From positions 17,468 to 81,467 of the forward strand of contig CAZLVK010000005.1 in assembly GCA_964563025.1 (NCBI GenBank): 64,000 bases of DNA. Reading direction: 5' to 3'. The DNA is from an uncultured Bacteroidaceae bacterium (GTDB taxonomy: Bacteria; Bacillota; Clostridia; Christensenellales; CAG-917). The notes beneath the pieces are model-generated. The model made no database searches, was not told where the DNA came from, and saw nothing but the letters and a program-made list of their open reading frames with translations. The position numbers and the translations under genes are program-made. Each line of letters begins with the position of its first letter. Within the stretch, counting starts at the first letter, position 1. Shown here piece by piece: positions 49,585-60,823 of this stretch.

Positions 49585-52176
49585 ATGAGGATTGAACACC
49601 TAACGAAAATTTACAAGTCCAAAGGAACGAACGGCGTCGGGCTTGACGACGTATCTTTTACTTTGCCCGACACCGGGATGGTTTTCATAGTCGGCAAGAG
49701 CGGAAGCGGAAAGTCTACCCTGCTCAACATGCTCGGCGGGCTCGACGAAATTACGTCGGGAGATATTATCATCGGCGACAAGCGATTTTCGGAGTTTACA
49801 AACACCGACTTCGACAACTATCGCAACAGTTATTTAGGCTTCGTTTTCCAAGACTTCTGCCTCATCGACGAATTGACGGTAGCGGACAACGTGCGTCTCG
49901 CCCTCGACTTCCAAGGGAATCGGAACGGAGACGACGTAATCGCGGATATTCTCGAGAAGGTCGACCTCTCCGAATTTGCGAACCGCAAACCCACCCAACT
50001 TTCGGGAGGGCAACGCCAACGCGTGGCAATAGCGCGCGCCCTCGTCAAATCTCCAAAACTCATACTTGCCGACGAACCGACGGGCAACCTCGACAGCAAA
50101 ACCGCCGTGCAAGTCCTCGAACTCCTCAAGGAACTCTCCCGCGACATTCTCGTTCTCGTGGTTTCGCACAATATAGCGGACGCCGAGAAATACGCGGACA
50201 GAATGATTGAACTTGCGGACGGCAAAATTCTCCGCGACGTGACGAGGAACGAAAATCACGACAACTCGTTCGCCGTCGAAAACGACGTCGTCTATCTCCC
50301 CGACAAAACACGCCTAACCGACGATGAACTCGAACGTTTCAACGAGGCTATATCGGCGGGAGATAAAAAGGTAATCCAGCGCGAAACGGCATTCTCGGAC
50401 ACCGAGGAAGACGTAGCCAGAAAGTCGTCCGACGACATCTTCATAGAAGGAAAATTCATCCCGTCGAAACTCTCCACAAAGCGCACGATAGAGATTTCGG
50501 GCAAGTTTATGGGCAAAAAACTTCTAACGAGCATATTGATGACGGTGCTTATCACCGCCGTCGTCGTACTGTTCGGGCTGAGCAATATATTCGTGGACTT
50601 CGACGGAGCCGCCGCCATGAACAACGCTATGCAGACCTCGACGGACGCCGCTTTCGTCATGAACAAGGGCTATATAAACGACGACCTCGTCGAAAGTCTG
50701 AACACCACGTATACGGTTGCAGTCACCCAAGATGATATAGATGCTTTTTATTCCACGGGTTACAAAGGCAAAATCTATACAAAATCGGCGTGGTCTATTC
50801 CTACCTCCGAAACAACTTGGTCTACCGAAAACGGCGTTTGGGAAAACGCAGCGATTTTCACCAACTTTTACTGCACGGAAACGAAAGGTTTGTTAAAGTG
50901 CGACGAAGCGTTCTTGACAAAAATTTTCGGGAAAATCAATGTGCTTGCCGGCGAACTCAGAAGCGAAACCCACCCTGCCGGGTTTATTATAACCGACTAC
51001 GTAGCAGACAGCATTTTGCACTATGGAAAGGTAGTCCCCTTAGACGGTACGTACGATAATATAATAAATCACCAATTTAACGGAAGAGGCTACGTAATCG
51101 GAATTATCGAAACCGATTACAAAGAACGCTTTGCCGGCTACTTCAGCGCACTCAAAAACGGGCAAAAAGTCAGTGAGCAAACAGTAGCGGAATTTCAAGA
51201 ATACGCAACCAATTATCTTGCCGTTATGTATACTCTAAACGAAAACTTCGACGAAGATTTCACTTCCGCTCACGATGCGAGCATAGGACGTTGCAGAGCA
51301 TCGTCTGCGGAACTGAACGGCAAGACGTACGCCATAGACAACAGTTCCGCTTTCCAATTCACCAATAACCCCGAAAAAGAAAAAGACGAGTGCACGATGG
51401 GCGTCGGTCTTTTCAATCGAACTTTCGGAACGACTTACGGAATAGACGGCGAAGGCTTTGAACCGGTCACCGTAAAATTCATCGTCAAAAGTTACGCATC
51501 GGACAAAGTATACTCAACGTTTGAACTCCGCGTTACTTCTTTAACCAACAACGACTATTCCATTTTCATCTATGATGAAGAAATTTTGGAAAAAGTGCAA
51601 AAAGCAAACCTTGATCCGACGTCGCTCTACTTCGACAACTACGACAACATATCCGACATTTATGCGGTCGGCACCGAAAACGACTTCTACTCCGCTACGG
51701 CGTACTTCAAGACGGTGCAGGCAATCACCAAAATCGTTGCCGTTTTCAAGGATATATTCTTCCTCATAGAGATAGGACTTTGCGGAGTTATGGTGTTGCT
51801 TATGGCGTTCTTTGCGTTCAGCAACATTCGTTCCCGCAACTACGAAATCGGCGTCATGAAAGCGATGGGCGCAAGGACGAGAAACGTCGCGGGTATATTC
51901 CTCGTCCAGGTCATATGCGTCGGGATTGCCATATGCCTGCTCTTTGCGCTGTTCTTCTACTTCGGGATGCCCCTTGCGAACAAGTTGCTTATGGACAGTC
52001 TCGTGGAATACGTCAACAACGCATCGATAAGCGGGATTACCCTACTCGCGTTCGACGGCAATGTTATGTGGAAAAGCATAGCAATAGTCCTCGGCGTAAC
52101 CGTCGTATCCGCGTTTATGCCCTTCGTCGGAGTTATGACGATAAAGCCCGCAAACATAATCAAGGCGCGCGAATAA
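49585..52176 (+). CDS. ABC transporter ATPase-permease fusion (MacB/FtsX-like)
   Basis: ATG 49585; [34 protein letters not shown]; one TM, a large extracellular domain and a C-terminal FtsX-like [10 protein letters not shown] with 3 TM. Confidence 0.9.
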   Translation: MRIEHLTKIYKSKGTNGVGLDDVSFTLPDTGMVFIVGKSGSGKSTLLNMLGGLDEITSGDIIIGDKRFSEFTNTDFDNYRNSYLGFVFQDFCLIDELTVADNVRLALDFQGNRNGDDVIADILEKVDLSEFANRKPTQLSGGQRQRVAIARALVKSPKLILADEPTGNLDSKTAVQVLELLKELSRDILVLVVSHNIADAEKYADRMIELADGKILRDVTRNENHDNSFAVENDVVYLPDKTRLTDDELERFNEAISAGDKKVIQRETAFSDTEEDVARKSSDDIFIEGKFIPSKLSTKRTIEISGKFMGKKLLTSILMTVLITAVVVLFGLSNIFVDFDGAAAMNNAMQTSTDAAFVMNKGYINDDLVESLNTTYTVAVTQDDIDAFYSTGYKGKIYTKSAWSIPTSETTWSTENGVWENAAIFTNFYCTETKGLLKCDEAFLTKIFGKINVLAGELRSETHPAGFIITDYVADSILHYGKVVPLDGTYDNIINHQFNGRGYVIGIIETDYKERFAGYFSALKNGQKVSEQTVAEFQEYATNYLAVMYTLNENFDEDFTSAHDASIGRCRASSAELNGKTYAIDNSSAFQFTNNPEKEKDECTMGVGLFNRTFGTTYGIDGEGFEPVTVKFIVKSYASDKVYSTFELRVTSLTNNDYSIFIYDEEILEKVQKANLDPTSLYFDNYDNISDIYAVGTENDFYSATAYFKTVQAITKIVAVFKDIFFLIEIGLCGVMVLLMAFFAFSNIRSRNYEIGVMKAMGARTRNVAGIFLVQVICVGIAICLLFALFFYFGMPLANKLLMDSLVEYVNNASISGITLLAFDGNVMWKSIAIVLGVTVVSAFMPFVGVMTIKPANIIKARE

Positions 52177-52292
52177 CGCCGAGCAAAAAATACAAACACG
52201 CAAAAACAAACGTTTATCCGTGCGTTTTCGACGGATAAAACGGCAAATATAGCAAATAATATGATTTCCGATTATTCGGAGAAGGAGTATAC

Positions 52293-53123
52293 ATGAGCGA
52301 TTGCACTCACGATTGTAGCAGTTGCGGAGCGGATTGCCCTTCGAGAAAACAGCAAAGCCTTCTCGAACCGCAAAATCCCATGAGCAACGTCAAAAAAGTC
52401 ATCGGCGTAGTCAGCGGTAAAGGCGGTGTCGGCAAGTCCCTCGTCACCTCTATGCTGTCCGTCCTCTCGAACCGTAAAGGTTACAAAACAGCCATCCTCG
52501 ACGCGGATATAACGGGACCGTCTATTCCCAAGGCGTTCGGACTCAAAGAACAAGCCCCTGCCCTCGACGAACATAGCATTCTTCCCGTCCGCACCGCAAA
52601 GGGCATCAAGGTTATGTCCATAAATCTTCTCCTCGACGACGAGACCAGCCCCGTCGTTTGGAGAGGGCCTATAATTGCCGGCGTCGTCAAACAGTTCTGG
52701 ACGGACGTCATTTGGGACGACGTGGACTATATGTTCGTGGATATGCCTCCCGGAACGGGAGACGTGCCTCTCACCGTTTTCCAATCTCTGCCTTTGGACG
52801 GCATCGTCATCGTGACTTCTCCCCAAGAACTCGTCTCCATGGTCGTCGAAAAGGCGGTCAATATGGCAAAGATGATGAACGTTCCCATACTCGGTCTTGT
52901 TGAGAATATGTCTTGCTACGTCTGCCCCGACTGCGGAAAAGAAATCCCCGTTTTCGGAGTCAGCAAAGCGGACGAAACCGCAAAACGCTTCGGCATCGAA
53001 AACGTCGCGCGCATTCCCATCAATCCCGAACTTGCGTCCCAATGCGACAAAGGGCTCATCGAACTCTTTGAGGGCGGTTGGCTCGACGAACTCTCGGACG
53101 CCATCGAAAAGAGGACCAAATAA
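52293..53123 (+). CDS. Mrp/NBP35 (ApbC) Fe-S cluster carrier ATPase
   Basis: N-terminal CxxxCxxC, SGKGGVGKS, DADITGPS, WRGP, DMPPGTGD, VENMS..CPDC. Confidence 0.93.
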   Translation: MSDCTHDCSSCGADCPSRKQQSLLEPQNPMSNVKKVIGVVSGKGGVGKSLVTSMLSVLSNRKGYKTAILDADITGPSIPKAFGLKEQAPALDEHSILPVRTAKGIKVMSINLLLDDETSPVVWRGPIIAGVVKQFWTDVIWDDVDYMFVDMPPGTGDVPLTVFQSLPLDGIVIVTSPQELVSMVVEKAVNMAKMMNVPILGLVENMSCYVCPDCGKEIPVFGVSKADETAKRFGIENVARIPINPELASQCDKGLIELFEGGWLDELSDAIEKRTK

Positions 53124-53377
53124 TGAAACACTATTCATACAGAACTCAGGGCGTATGCTCTCAAAAAATCGACTTTGACCTCGACGGCGACGTGGTGAGG
53201 AATATCCGCTTTTTCGGCGGCTGCGACGGCAACCTCAAAGCGGTATCCATCCTCGTTGACGGAATGACAGTGAACGAAATCGAAAATAAACTCCTCGGCA
53301 ACAGATGCGGTTTCAAAAACACTTCTTGCGCCGACCAATTAGCCCGCGCGGTACGCAAAGCAAAAAACGAAGGCTAA
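53123..53377 (+). CDS. TSCPD-domain small protein (TIGR03905-like)
   Basis: ATG 53123 overlaps the mrp stop; GVCS, GGCDGNL, CGFKNTSCADQLA. Confidence 0.85.
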   Translation: MKHYSYRTQGVCSQKIDFDLDGDVVRNIRFFGGCDGNLKAVSILVDGMTVNEIENKLLGNRCGFKNTSCADQLARAVRKAKNEG

Positions 53378-53397
53378 GCACGGCAATCTTATCAAAC

Positions 53398-53435
53398 GAA
53401 AACGACGAACGGCATTTCCCGTTCGTCGTTTTTTC
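53398..53435. terminator. Hairpin terminator between convergent genes
   Basis: AAAACGACGAACGG-CATTTC-CCGTTCGTCGTTTTT. Confidence 0.75.
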
Positions 53436-53908
53436 TAAATCTTTCCGTATTTCAGCGCATCGAGCCAATTCTCTTTTTCAAACCTTGCGTTTGCGGGGCT
53501 CGTAGACGGCAACGCTACCGCCATATTCGCATAACACTCGAAGTGCTTGAAGAAAAGTTTCGCACTCATCCCGCCGTTCAGAATTATCCTTTCGATTTCG
53601 GATTTTTCCACCACGGTTTTCACGTCGGCAACGACGTAGTTTTTGATATTCGTATCGAGACTCCCTTCGATTTCGCACTCCGTGACCATATCCCACAGTG
53701 CGATTTTGTGCTCATCGAGAAAATGCTTCTTCTCCTCTATCGTAGATGGAGTTTCCGTCCCGAACGCCTCTGCCAGCACCCGCCAGAATCTATTGCGCGG
53801 ATTGCCGTAGAAAAATCCTTCTTCCCTCGACTTCACGCTCGGGAAACTGCCGAGGATGAGAATTTTGCTATCCTCGTTTATATAGGCGTCGAAACCGCTA
53901 TACCGCAT
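53435..53908 (-). CDS. DNA-deoxyinosine (hypoxanthine) glycosylase, UDG superfamily
   Basis: LILGSFPSVKS, YGNPRNRFW, IALWD, LPSTSPAN. Confidence 0.88.
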   Translation of the reverse strand: MRYSGFDAYINEDSKILILGSFPSVKSREEGFFYGNPRNRFWRVLAEAFGTETPSTIEEKKHFLDEHKIALWDMVTECEIEGSLDTNIKNYVVADVKTVVEKSEIERIILNGGMSAKLFFKHFECYANMAVALPSTSPANARFEKENWLDALKYGKI

Positions 53909-53911
53909 AAT

Positions 53912-55507
53912 TCATTTCCCGATAGACGCGCCGATAAATGCGACGAAGAGAGGGTGCGGTCTATTGGGACGACTCTTAAATTCGGGATGATATTGCACGC
54001 CGACGAAGAATCTACACTTCGGATTTTCGATTGCGACGACGGTCTTGTCATCGGTAGAGGTGCTTGCAATGACGAGTCCGTTTTTCTCAAAGAGTGCGCG
54101 GTAGTCGTTGTTGAGTTCGTAGCGATGACGGAATCGTTCGTATATCACTTCTTCGCCGTAGCAATCAAACAAGCGCGTATTCTTTTCAACTTTGCACGGA
54201 TATGCGCCGAGACGTAGCGTACCGCCTTTATTCACCTCATCGCTTTGATTGTCGAGGAAGTCTATGACTTTGTGCTTGCTTTCGGGTGCGAATTCTCCCG
54301 AATTTGCGTCTGTCAGTCCGCATACGTTCCTTGCAAATTCGATGACGGAAATTTGCATGCCGAGACAGAGTCCGAGATAAGGCACGTCGTGTTCTCTCGC
54401 GTACTTAGCGGCAAGAATTTTGCCCTCTATTCCCCTGCCGCCGAAACCACCCGGGACGATTATGCCGTCTGCACCGCCGAGAAGTTCGTCTACGTTTTCG
54501 GAGGTAATGCTTTCGCTGTCCGTCCAATTCAAATTTATTTTCGCATCATGCGCATAGCCCGCGTGACGAAGCGCCTCGACAACGGACAAGTACGCGTCGT
54601 GGAGCGCAATATATTTGCCGACGAGAGCAATATTGACCTCTTTTTTGAGGTTTTTGATGCCGTCCACCATTTTCTCCCACTCGGCGGTATCCGAGTCGGG
54701 TGCTTCTATGCCGAGCTCACGGCATACGATACCCGAAAAGTTTTGCCTTTCGAGTGCAAGCGGTACATCGTACAAAACGGGAAGGGTAAGGTTTTCTATG
54801 ACGCAATCTTTCTTGACGTTGCAGAACATTGAGATTTTGTCGATGATGCCCTCTTCGAGAGGCTCGTCGCAACGAAGTATAACGATATCCGGGTTGATGC
54901 CCGTACCCTGCAACTCCTTGACCGAACGCTGAGTGGGTTTCGTCTTATGCTCGTCGCTACCCGACAAAAACGGCACGAGAGTTACGTGAATGAACAACGA
55001 ATTTTCTCTGCCGACTTCTCGTGCGATTTGTCTTATCGCTTCGAGGAAAGATTGAGACTCTATGTCCCCCGTCGTGCCCCCGATTTCGATAAGCGCAACG
55101 TCCGCGTTTACGTCGTCGCCGACGCTATATATGAAGTCCTTGATTTCGTTCGTTACGTGCGGGATGATTTGCACCGTCGAACCGAGATATTCCCCTCTGC
55201 GCTCCTTGTTGAGGACGTTCCAGAACACCTTGCCGGTCGTCAAATTAGAACGCTCGTCGAGGTTCTCGTCTATGAATCTTTCGTAATGTCCGACGTCGAG
55301 ATCGGTCTCCGCGCCGTCTTCCGTCACGAACACTTCGCCGTGCTCGTACGGGCTCATCGTGCCGGGGTCCACGTTGATATACGGATCGAGTTTTTGAAGA
55401 GCAACCTTCAAACCGCGCGCTTTAAGTAGTCTGCCGAGCGACGCCACGACGATACCTTTTCCGAGTCCCGAAACGACTCCACCTGTCACAAACACGTACT
55501 TCTTCAT
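53912..55507 (-). CDS. pyrG: CTP synthase
   Basis: [50 protein letters not shown]; RBS before ATG 55507. Confidence 0.97.
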   Translation of the reverse strand: MKKYVFVTGGVVSGLGKGIVVASLGRLLKARGLKVALQKLDPYINVDPGTMSPYEHGEVFVTEDGAETDLDVGHYERFIDENLDERSNLTTGKVFWNVLNKERRGEYLGSTVQIIPHVTNEIKDFIYSVGDDVNADVALIEIGGTTGDIESQSFLEAIRQIAREVGRENSLFIHVTLVPFLSGSDEHKTKPTQRSVKELQGTGINPDIVILRCDEPLEEGIIDKISMFCNVKKDCVIENLTLPVLYDVPLALERQNFSGIVCRELGIEAPDSDTAEWEKMVDGIKNLKKEVNIALVGKYIALHDAYLSVVEALRHAGYAHDAKINLNWTDSESITSENVDELLGGADGIIVPGGFGGRGIEGKILAAKYAREHDVPYLGLCLGMQISVIEFARNVCGLTDANSGEFAPESKHKVIDFLDNQSDEVNKGGTLRLGAYPCKVEKNTRLFDCYGEEVIYERFRHRYELNNDYRALFEKNGLVIASTSTDDKTVVAIENPKCRFFVGVQYHPEFKSRPNRPHPLFVAFIGASIGK

Positions 55508-55590
55508 ATCATTTTCCTTGTATAAACCATTGTTTTTGCGATTATAATTGTTGTTTCTCATGTTCTACGCGATATTTCCCTTTTGCTCGG

Positions 55591-57282
55591 TTAGTCGCGG
55601 AGACGTGAGATGAGAGCGGTCGAGGTGGCGGCGACGTCTTTGAGGGCGCCGTTCTCGAAGGGGGATTTGAGTCCCGCAAGTTTTACGAGACGGTTGAAAG
55701 CGTACAGACCTCCTCTCTTTGCGTGATCGAAGTAGCGATGAAGGGTGTCCTCGTAATCCTTTTGGGAATCGGACAAAAATTCGAGGGCTACGACTTGCGC
55801 AAGGCAGTAGTCTATATAGTAGAAGGGCGTTTCGTAGACGTGCATCTGATATTGCCATCTCGTGCCGTTTTCAAGATAATCGATACCGTCGTAGGAAAGG
55901 TACGGTCTATATTTCTTTTCGAGGTTCAAGTACGCCTCGTTGCGTTCGGCAGGTGTCATATCGGGATTTTCGTAAACGATATGTTGAAACTCGTCTATGA
56001 TGACGCCGTAAGGAATGAAACTAAGTGCGTCCGCAAGGTGTTTGTAGCGGTATCTATCCGCATCCTTAAAGAATTTATCCATGAATTTCCAGCAGAAAAA
56101 TTCCATACTCATACTATGCGTTTCGGCGGTTTCGCTCGAACCTATACCCGCCTCGATATCGCCGTAGTCGAAGATATAATTCATCGCAAGTGCATGACCG
56201 AATTCATGAGTTACGACGTCCACGTCCCCCGACGAACCGTTGAAGTTCGCAAGGATAAACGGCTGACGGAATTTCTCGAAGCAAGTACAATAACCGCCGC
56301 CCCATTTGCCGTCTCTTGCCAAGGTATCGAACGCCTCTGCCTCCAACATTTCCGTCATAAAATTACCCGTTTCGTCGCTCATTTCGCGGTAAGTTTCGTT
56401 TGCGGCACGGAGTATTCCTTCGGCGTCGGGATACGGACGAGGATTTCCTTCTCCCTCGATAACGTCGTTGTCATAGAACGCCATTTTCTCTATGCCGAGG
56501 GCGTTTGCTATGCTCTTTTTGAGTTCGACGACGACGGGAACGACGTCCTCTTTCACGTTTTTGCGGAAGTTTGCTACCATATCTCTGTCGTAGTCGATAC
56601 GGCCCATACGGTAATAGCCGAGTTCCACGAAATCCTTATATCCGAGTTTTTTCGCAATACGGGTGCGGACTTTCACGAGTCTGTCGAAAATATCGTCGAG
56701 TTTGTCGGATACGGACGAAAGTGCGGTGCCGATTGCGTTTGCCGCCGCCTTTCGCACGTCTCTGTCGCTATCTTCCATAAAACCGCGGATATAACTAATC
56801 GTCTTTTGTTCCCCTCTCCAATCGGTGGTGAGTTGGGACATAAGTTGAGAGTATTCGGTGACGATGGAGTTTTCCTCTTGTTCGTCGGATACCGTTTCGT
56901 CGCTATGCGCCTTTTTCGTGCATTCGTAACGCGGGAAAATGGTTTCGGGCAACAGTTTTTCGAGTTCGGGACGGAATCTGCTTGCAAGCATAATTTCGGC
57001 GTACTTCGTCATATAGGTGTCCGCAACGGGACCGTTTTCGTCGTAATACTCTTGTTCCGCAAGATAAAACTCGTCGCGAGTGTTCAGCGTATAGCGCATA
57101 TACGCAAGGCTGGCATACGTCGAATAATCGCCGACGGCGTCGAGGAACTCTTTGCGCGCGGTCAAAACGTCCTCGGCGGTAGTTGCGTTTTTCTCTGCGG
57201 TCGCGAACTTCTCGAAAGCGATGCGCACGCCGTCTACGTCGTATCTTTGATAAGGAATGTCTTTGACTTTCATTCTGCTCAT
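55591..57282 (-). CDS. M3 family oligoendopeptidase
   Basis: HEFGH zinc motif, ETHSMSME, GGYC, HVYETPFYYIDY. Confidence 0.92.
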   Translation of the reverse strand: MSRMKVKDIPYQRYDVDGVRIAFEKFATAEKNATTAEDVLTARKEFLDAVGDYSTYASLAYMRYTLNTRDEFYLAEQEYYDENGPVADTYMTKYAEIMLASRFRPELEKLLPETIFPRYECTKKAHSDETVSDEQEENSIVTEYSQLMSQLTTDWRGEQKTISYIRGFMEDSDRDVRKAAANAIGTALSSVSDKLDDIFDRLVKVRTRIAKKLGYKDFVELGYYRMGRIDYDRDMVANFRKNVKEDVVPVVVELKKSIANALGIEKMAFYDNDVIEGEGNPRPYPDAEGILRAANETYREMSDETGNFMTEMLEAEAFDTLARDGKWGGGYCTCFEKFRQPFILANFNGSSGDVDVVTHEFGHALAMNYIFDYGDIEAGIGSSETAETHSMSMEFFCWKFMDKFFKDADRYRYKHLADALSFIPYGVIIDEFQHIVYENPDMTPAERNEAYLNLEKKYRPYLSYDGIDYLENGTRWQYQMHVYETPFYYIDYCLAQVVALEFLSDSQKDYEDTLHRYFDHAKRGGLYAFNRLVKLAGLKSPFENGALKDVAATSTALISRLRD

Positions 57283-57308
57283 ATATACCTCTTTGTCGTT
57301 TTTTGAAA

Positions 57309-59726
57309 TTATTGTATTCTCTTTCTCGTGCTCTCGTTTGCAAGCAAGAAGTTCAGCACGTTCACCGCGGAACGTTGGAGTTCGGCGCGAGTAAGCACGC
57401 CGTCCTTCAAGCCTTTGATGGCGGAGCCGTCGTATTTGCCTCTGATTCTATCCCCGCCCGGCATAACCACGTCGACTTGCGCGCGAACGCGGTAGGCGTG
57501 GTGTTTGAGTTTATTCCAGTCCGGAGATTTTTCCGCTACCGTCCACCAGTCGGTCACGAGCATGCCGTCGTAACTCCAATCTTTGCGGAGTACGGTGGTT
57601 GCAAGGTCGTAGTTATAGTAGGAGAAAATCCCGTTGATTTTATTGTAAGACGTCATCATGCAAAGGGGCTTCCCTTCGTTCACACAGATTTCAAAACCTC
57701 TGAGATAGATTTCGCGGAGTGCTCTTTGGGATACTCTCGTATCCGTGTGATTGCGGTTGGTTTCCTGGTTGTTGCAAGCGAAGTGTTTAGGGCAAGCGGA
57801 CACGCCCGCGGACTGTATACCTCTGACGATTGCGGCGGCGATTTTGCCGGACACGACGGGGTCCTCGGAAAAATATTCAAAGTTTCGTCCGCAAAGGGGA
57901 TCGCGGTGTATATTCATACCGGGGCCGAGGAGCATATCCGAGCCTTTTCGTATCATTTCTTTGCCGAGTTCGAGATAGGTTTCCTCAGCCAGTTCCTCGT
58001 TCATAGAAGACGCAATCGCAGTACCGCAAGGAAGCAACGACGCATAGTGCGCAAGCCTAATTCCCGACGGTCCGTCCGTCGTAATTGCGGCGGGTATTCC
58101 GCGGTCTTTGAGGCTCTGTTCGGTGCCACCGAACGCACCGGCGTTACCCTCGGTTCCGAGAGGGCTGTTCATCCTGAATTGTCCTCTCGCAAGCACTTCG
58201 AGTTCCTCGTCAGTAAGGGTTCCCACAAACTCCTCAACCGACAAATTCCCCGCTTTAACGTCGTCTAACGTGCAGATTAAGTCTATGTTTTGCGGAATTG
58301 CATCGGGAAGTCGTTCCATTATTCTATCCTTGACGGACACTGTCGCCGTCGCGACTTTGTGATACTTCTTGCTCACCGCACCCGTCGGAGAAACGTGAGG
58401 GTGCGCGACGTCGAAGGGTGCTTTGGGGGCACAAGCCTCTTCGCATTCCTCGACAACTTTTTCTTTCAAATTCAGTCGTGCGATTTCCTCTGCCGAGATA
58501 TAATCTCCGCCGACGAAAAATGCGTATTCGCCGTCCTCTAAAACAAAGCAATTTTTATGCCCCGTCCGTCCGCCGTCGTCGTAAGAAGCAATATCTTTTT
58601 CGCCGAATTTCACAATCACCGTTTCGCTTTCTCCGGGGGCTATGAGTCCCGTCTTTTTGAAAGTTACGAGGTTCCTGAACGGCTTGCCTAATTTCCCTTG
58701 CGGAGGATTGACGTAAAGGAACACTACCTCTTTTCCCTCTCTGTCGCCGACATTTTTGACGGTAGTCTCGAGGGTAAATTCGCCGTCGTCGTAAGTCAAT
58801 GTCGAGGTCTTTTCAAAGGTTGTATAGGACAGTCCGTAGCCGAAAGGATAGACGACCGAGTCGTTTCCGAATGTCGAAAAATAACGGTACCCGACGTAAA
58901 TATCCTCTACGTACGTGTTGGATTTTCTTCTGCCGAAGTTGCTTGCGGAGGGGTAATCGATATAGCGCATTGCTACGGTGTCCGTGAGTTTTCCCGACGG
59001 ATTCACTTTGCCCGTCAGCACGTCCGCGACTGCGTTACCGCTTTCCATACCGCCCTGCCACGCATACACGATTGCGGACAATCTGTCCCCGTATTCTTTC
59101 ACCCAAGACATATCCATAACGTTGCCGGCGTCGATAAGAACGACGACTTTTTTGAACCTTGCGGTGACGAAGTTGAGCATAATTTTCTCATCGTCGGTGA
59201 TGAGATAACCGCCCTTGACGAGTTTTTGTTCTCTATCCTCTCCCGCGGCTCTGCCGATGACGACGAGTGCGACGGAAGACTTCGTCGCTTGTTTTTCTAC
59301 GAAAGCGTCCGTAAGAGGCATTTCCTCATAACAAAGAGGCCAATGTCCCCAAAATCCCTCGTCCGTCGGATTTTTCTCACACCAATCCGAATAGACGGAA
59401 GCAAGTTCCTCATTCAAGCGAACGTCCGCACCGCGGAGTCCTTCCATAAGGCTGACTCTGTACGGGGCTTTGACGTCCCCTCCCGAGCCGTAACCGACGT
59501 AGAAATAGTCGTTTTGCACTCTGCCGAAAACGGAAACGACGTCCTCTTTGTCAAAGGGCAAAGTGCCGTCGTTTTTGAGAAGGACGATACCTTCTCCCGC
59601 AAGCGCGCGCGCTTTAGAAATAAGTTCGGGCGTCGAGTCCTTTTCTCCAAGGACTTCCCCGCCCGTTTTTTGAGCGAGAGCAATGAAAAAATTGACGATT
59701 TTGGAAAGGGTAATTTTCTTTTTCAT
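57309..59726 (-). CDS. GH3 beta-glucosidase, domain-swapped architecture
   Basis: N-terminal IVLLKND...YPFGYGLSYT (the usual C-domain) precedes DGPSGIR, RDPLCGRNFEYFSEDP, KHF, MTSYN and nucleophile VTDW. Confidence 0.92.
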   Translation of the reverse strand: MKKKITLSKIVNFFIALAQKTGGEVLGEKDSTPELISKARALAGEGIVLLKNDGTLPFDKEDVVSVFGRVQNDYFYVGYGSGGDVKAPYRVSLMEGLRGADVRLNEELASVYSDWCEKNPTDEGFWGHWPLCYEEMPLTDAFVEKQATKSSVALVVIGRAAGEDREQKLVKGGYLITDDEKIMLNFVTARFKKVVVLIDAGNVMDMSWVKEYGDRLSAIVYAWQGGMESGNAVADVLTGKVNPSGKLTDTVAMRYIDYPSASNFGRRKSNTYVEDIYVGYRYFSTFGNDSVVYPFGYGLSYTTFEKTSTLTYDDGEFTLETTVKNVGDREGKEVVFLYVNPPQGKLGKPFRNLVTFKKTGLIAPGESETVIVKFGEKDIASYDDGGRTGHKNCFVLEDGEYAFFVGGDYISAEEIARLNLKEKVVEECEEACAPKAPFDVAHPHVSPTGAVSKKYHKVATATVSVKDRIMERLPDAIPQNIDLICTLDDVKAGNLSVEEFVGTLTDEELEVLARGQFRMNSPLGTEGNAGAFGGTEQSLKDRGIPAAITTDGPSGIRLAHYASLLPCGTAIASSMNEELAEETYLELGKEMIRKGSDMLLGPGMNIHRDPLCGRNFEYFSEDPVVSGKIAAAIVRGIQSAGVSACPKHFACNNQETNRNHTDTRVSQRALREIYLRGFEICVNEGKPLCMMTSYNKINGIFSYYNYDLATTVLRKDWSYDGMLVTDWWTVAEKSPDWNKLKHHAYRVRAQVDVVMPGGDRIRGKYDGSAIKGLKDGVLTRAELQRSAVNVLNFLLANESTRKRIQ

Positions 59727-59730
59727 AACC

Positions 59731-60663
59731 TTAGCGTTTTTGTTTTTCTTGTTTTCTCTTGTCGTTGATGATTTGCATTTCCTTTGCGGTGATGAGAGTA
59801 CAGCCGTTTTCTTTTGCCCAGTCTACGCAACCTTGCAAAACGACTTTGAGGAAGACTCTCGGCACTTTGACGAGGGTTTGGCAAGCGTCGTCGCTGAATT
59901 TCACCTTATCGTCGATACGGTTGGCGGCGTACTTGACGCTGTTTATATCCGCCTCTTTGCCCGCGGGGATTCTCTCCGAGATAGGTCTTCTGAAACGGGT
60001 ATACCAGAAATTGGTGCTGTCGCGATAACCGTAGTCAACGGGGACTTTCGGGAAACCGCTCGGCTTGACGCCGTTGATTATCGTGTTGTAGAATTTCTCC
60101 TTCATAAGGATTTTGTCTATTTTCAAGATGAAATGGCACCCGAATTTCGAGGTTATGCCGTTGAAATTTCTATAAGGCGGTTCGATTCCGTCGAGGATAC
60201 CCGTGCGCGCCTTATCTTCGTATGCGTTTTCGAGGCTGTCGTCCCAAGTGCATTCAAACACCTGATACGCCTTTTTGACGACGAGGGGACGGGGACCGTC
60301 CGAAACGTCCGCAATACCCTGCTCGAACTCGAACGGACAATCCTTCATCTTCTCCGCGGGAGTTTCTCCCGGGAAACCGAGACGAACGGTTTCTTTGAAA
60401 TCCGCACGATTATCTTCGAGGAAGTTGAGAGCGCACTTGCCCGTGCGGAGAATGTTCTGCGCAGTATTCGAGGAGTTGCGACACTCCAAAATCATTGCGT
60501 AGTAGTCCTTGCCCGCAATGTAGTACGGGAAACACAGCGAGTACGCGCCAAGAGTGGTCGTGCCGTCTTCGGCAAGCGTCGAAATCAATATGGTAGGCAT
60601 CGGGAAAAACGCCGACGTCTGATAAAAGTTGTCCACTATTCTCAAATCTTTGAAACTGCTCAT
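59731..60663 (-). CDS. Flavin-reductase-like (split-barrel) protein with C-terminal PCP_red-like helical domain
   Basis: FPMPTILIST...GAYS, SSNTAQNILRTGKCALNF, FEC; C-terminal FSDDACQTLVKVPRVF...WAKENGCTLIT. Confidence 0.6.
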   Translation of the reverse strand: MSSFKDLRIVDNFYQTSAFFPMPTILISTLAEDGTTTLGAYSLCFPYYIAGKDYYAMILECRNSSNTAQNILRTGKCALNFLEDNRADFKETVRLGFPGETPAEKMKDCPFEFEQGIADVSDGPRPLVVKKAYQVFECTWDDSLENAYEDKARTGILDGIEPPYRNFNGITSKFGCHFILKIDKILMKEKFYNTIINGVKPSGFPKVPVDYGYRDSTNFWYTRFRRPISERIPAGKEADINSVKYAANRIDDKVKFSDDACQTLVKVPRVFLKVVLQGCVDWAKENGCTLITAKEMQIINDKRKQEKQKR

Positions 60664-60752
60664 ATAAGCCTCCTAAGACTATCTTATACCATTTTGTTAA
60701 TCTTTTCAAGATTATTATTCGCGAAAAAGAGATTTTGTAAAAAATCGCGCTG

Positions 60753-60781
60753 TTGACTTTAACCGCACGAAAGCGTATACT
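60753..60781 (+). promoter_or_regulatory. Sigma-A promoter of nagA
   Basis: TTGACT-N17-TATACT. Confidence 0.65.
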
Positions 60782-60823
60782 AAACTTATCCTTCGGCTAC
60801 TTGCCACAAAAAGAGAGTAAGAC

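Noticed and set aside
55508-55561. Asn-rich N-terminal extension of PyrG
   Set aside because: The canonical [10 protein letters not shown] start at 55507 has its own RBS; the upstream stretch contains a TATAAT box and looks like promoter or leader sequence
57309-59726. Reversed domain order of the GH3 enzyme as a novelty
   Set aside because: Domain-swapped GH3 beta-glucosidases are already known from rumen and gut Firmicutes
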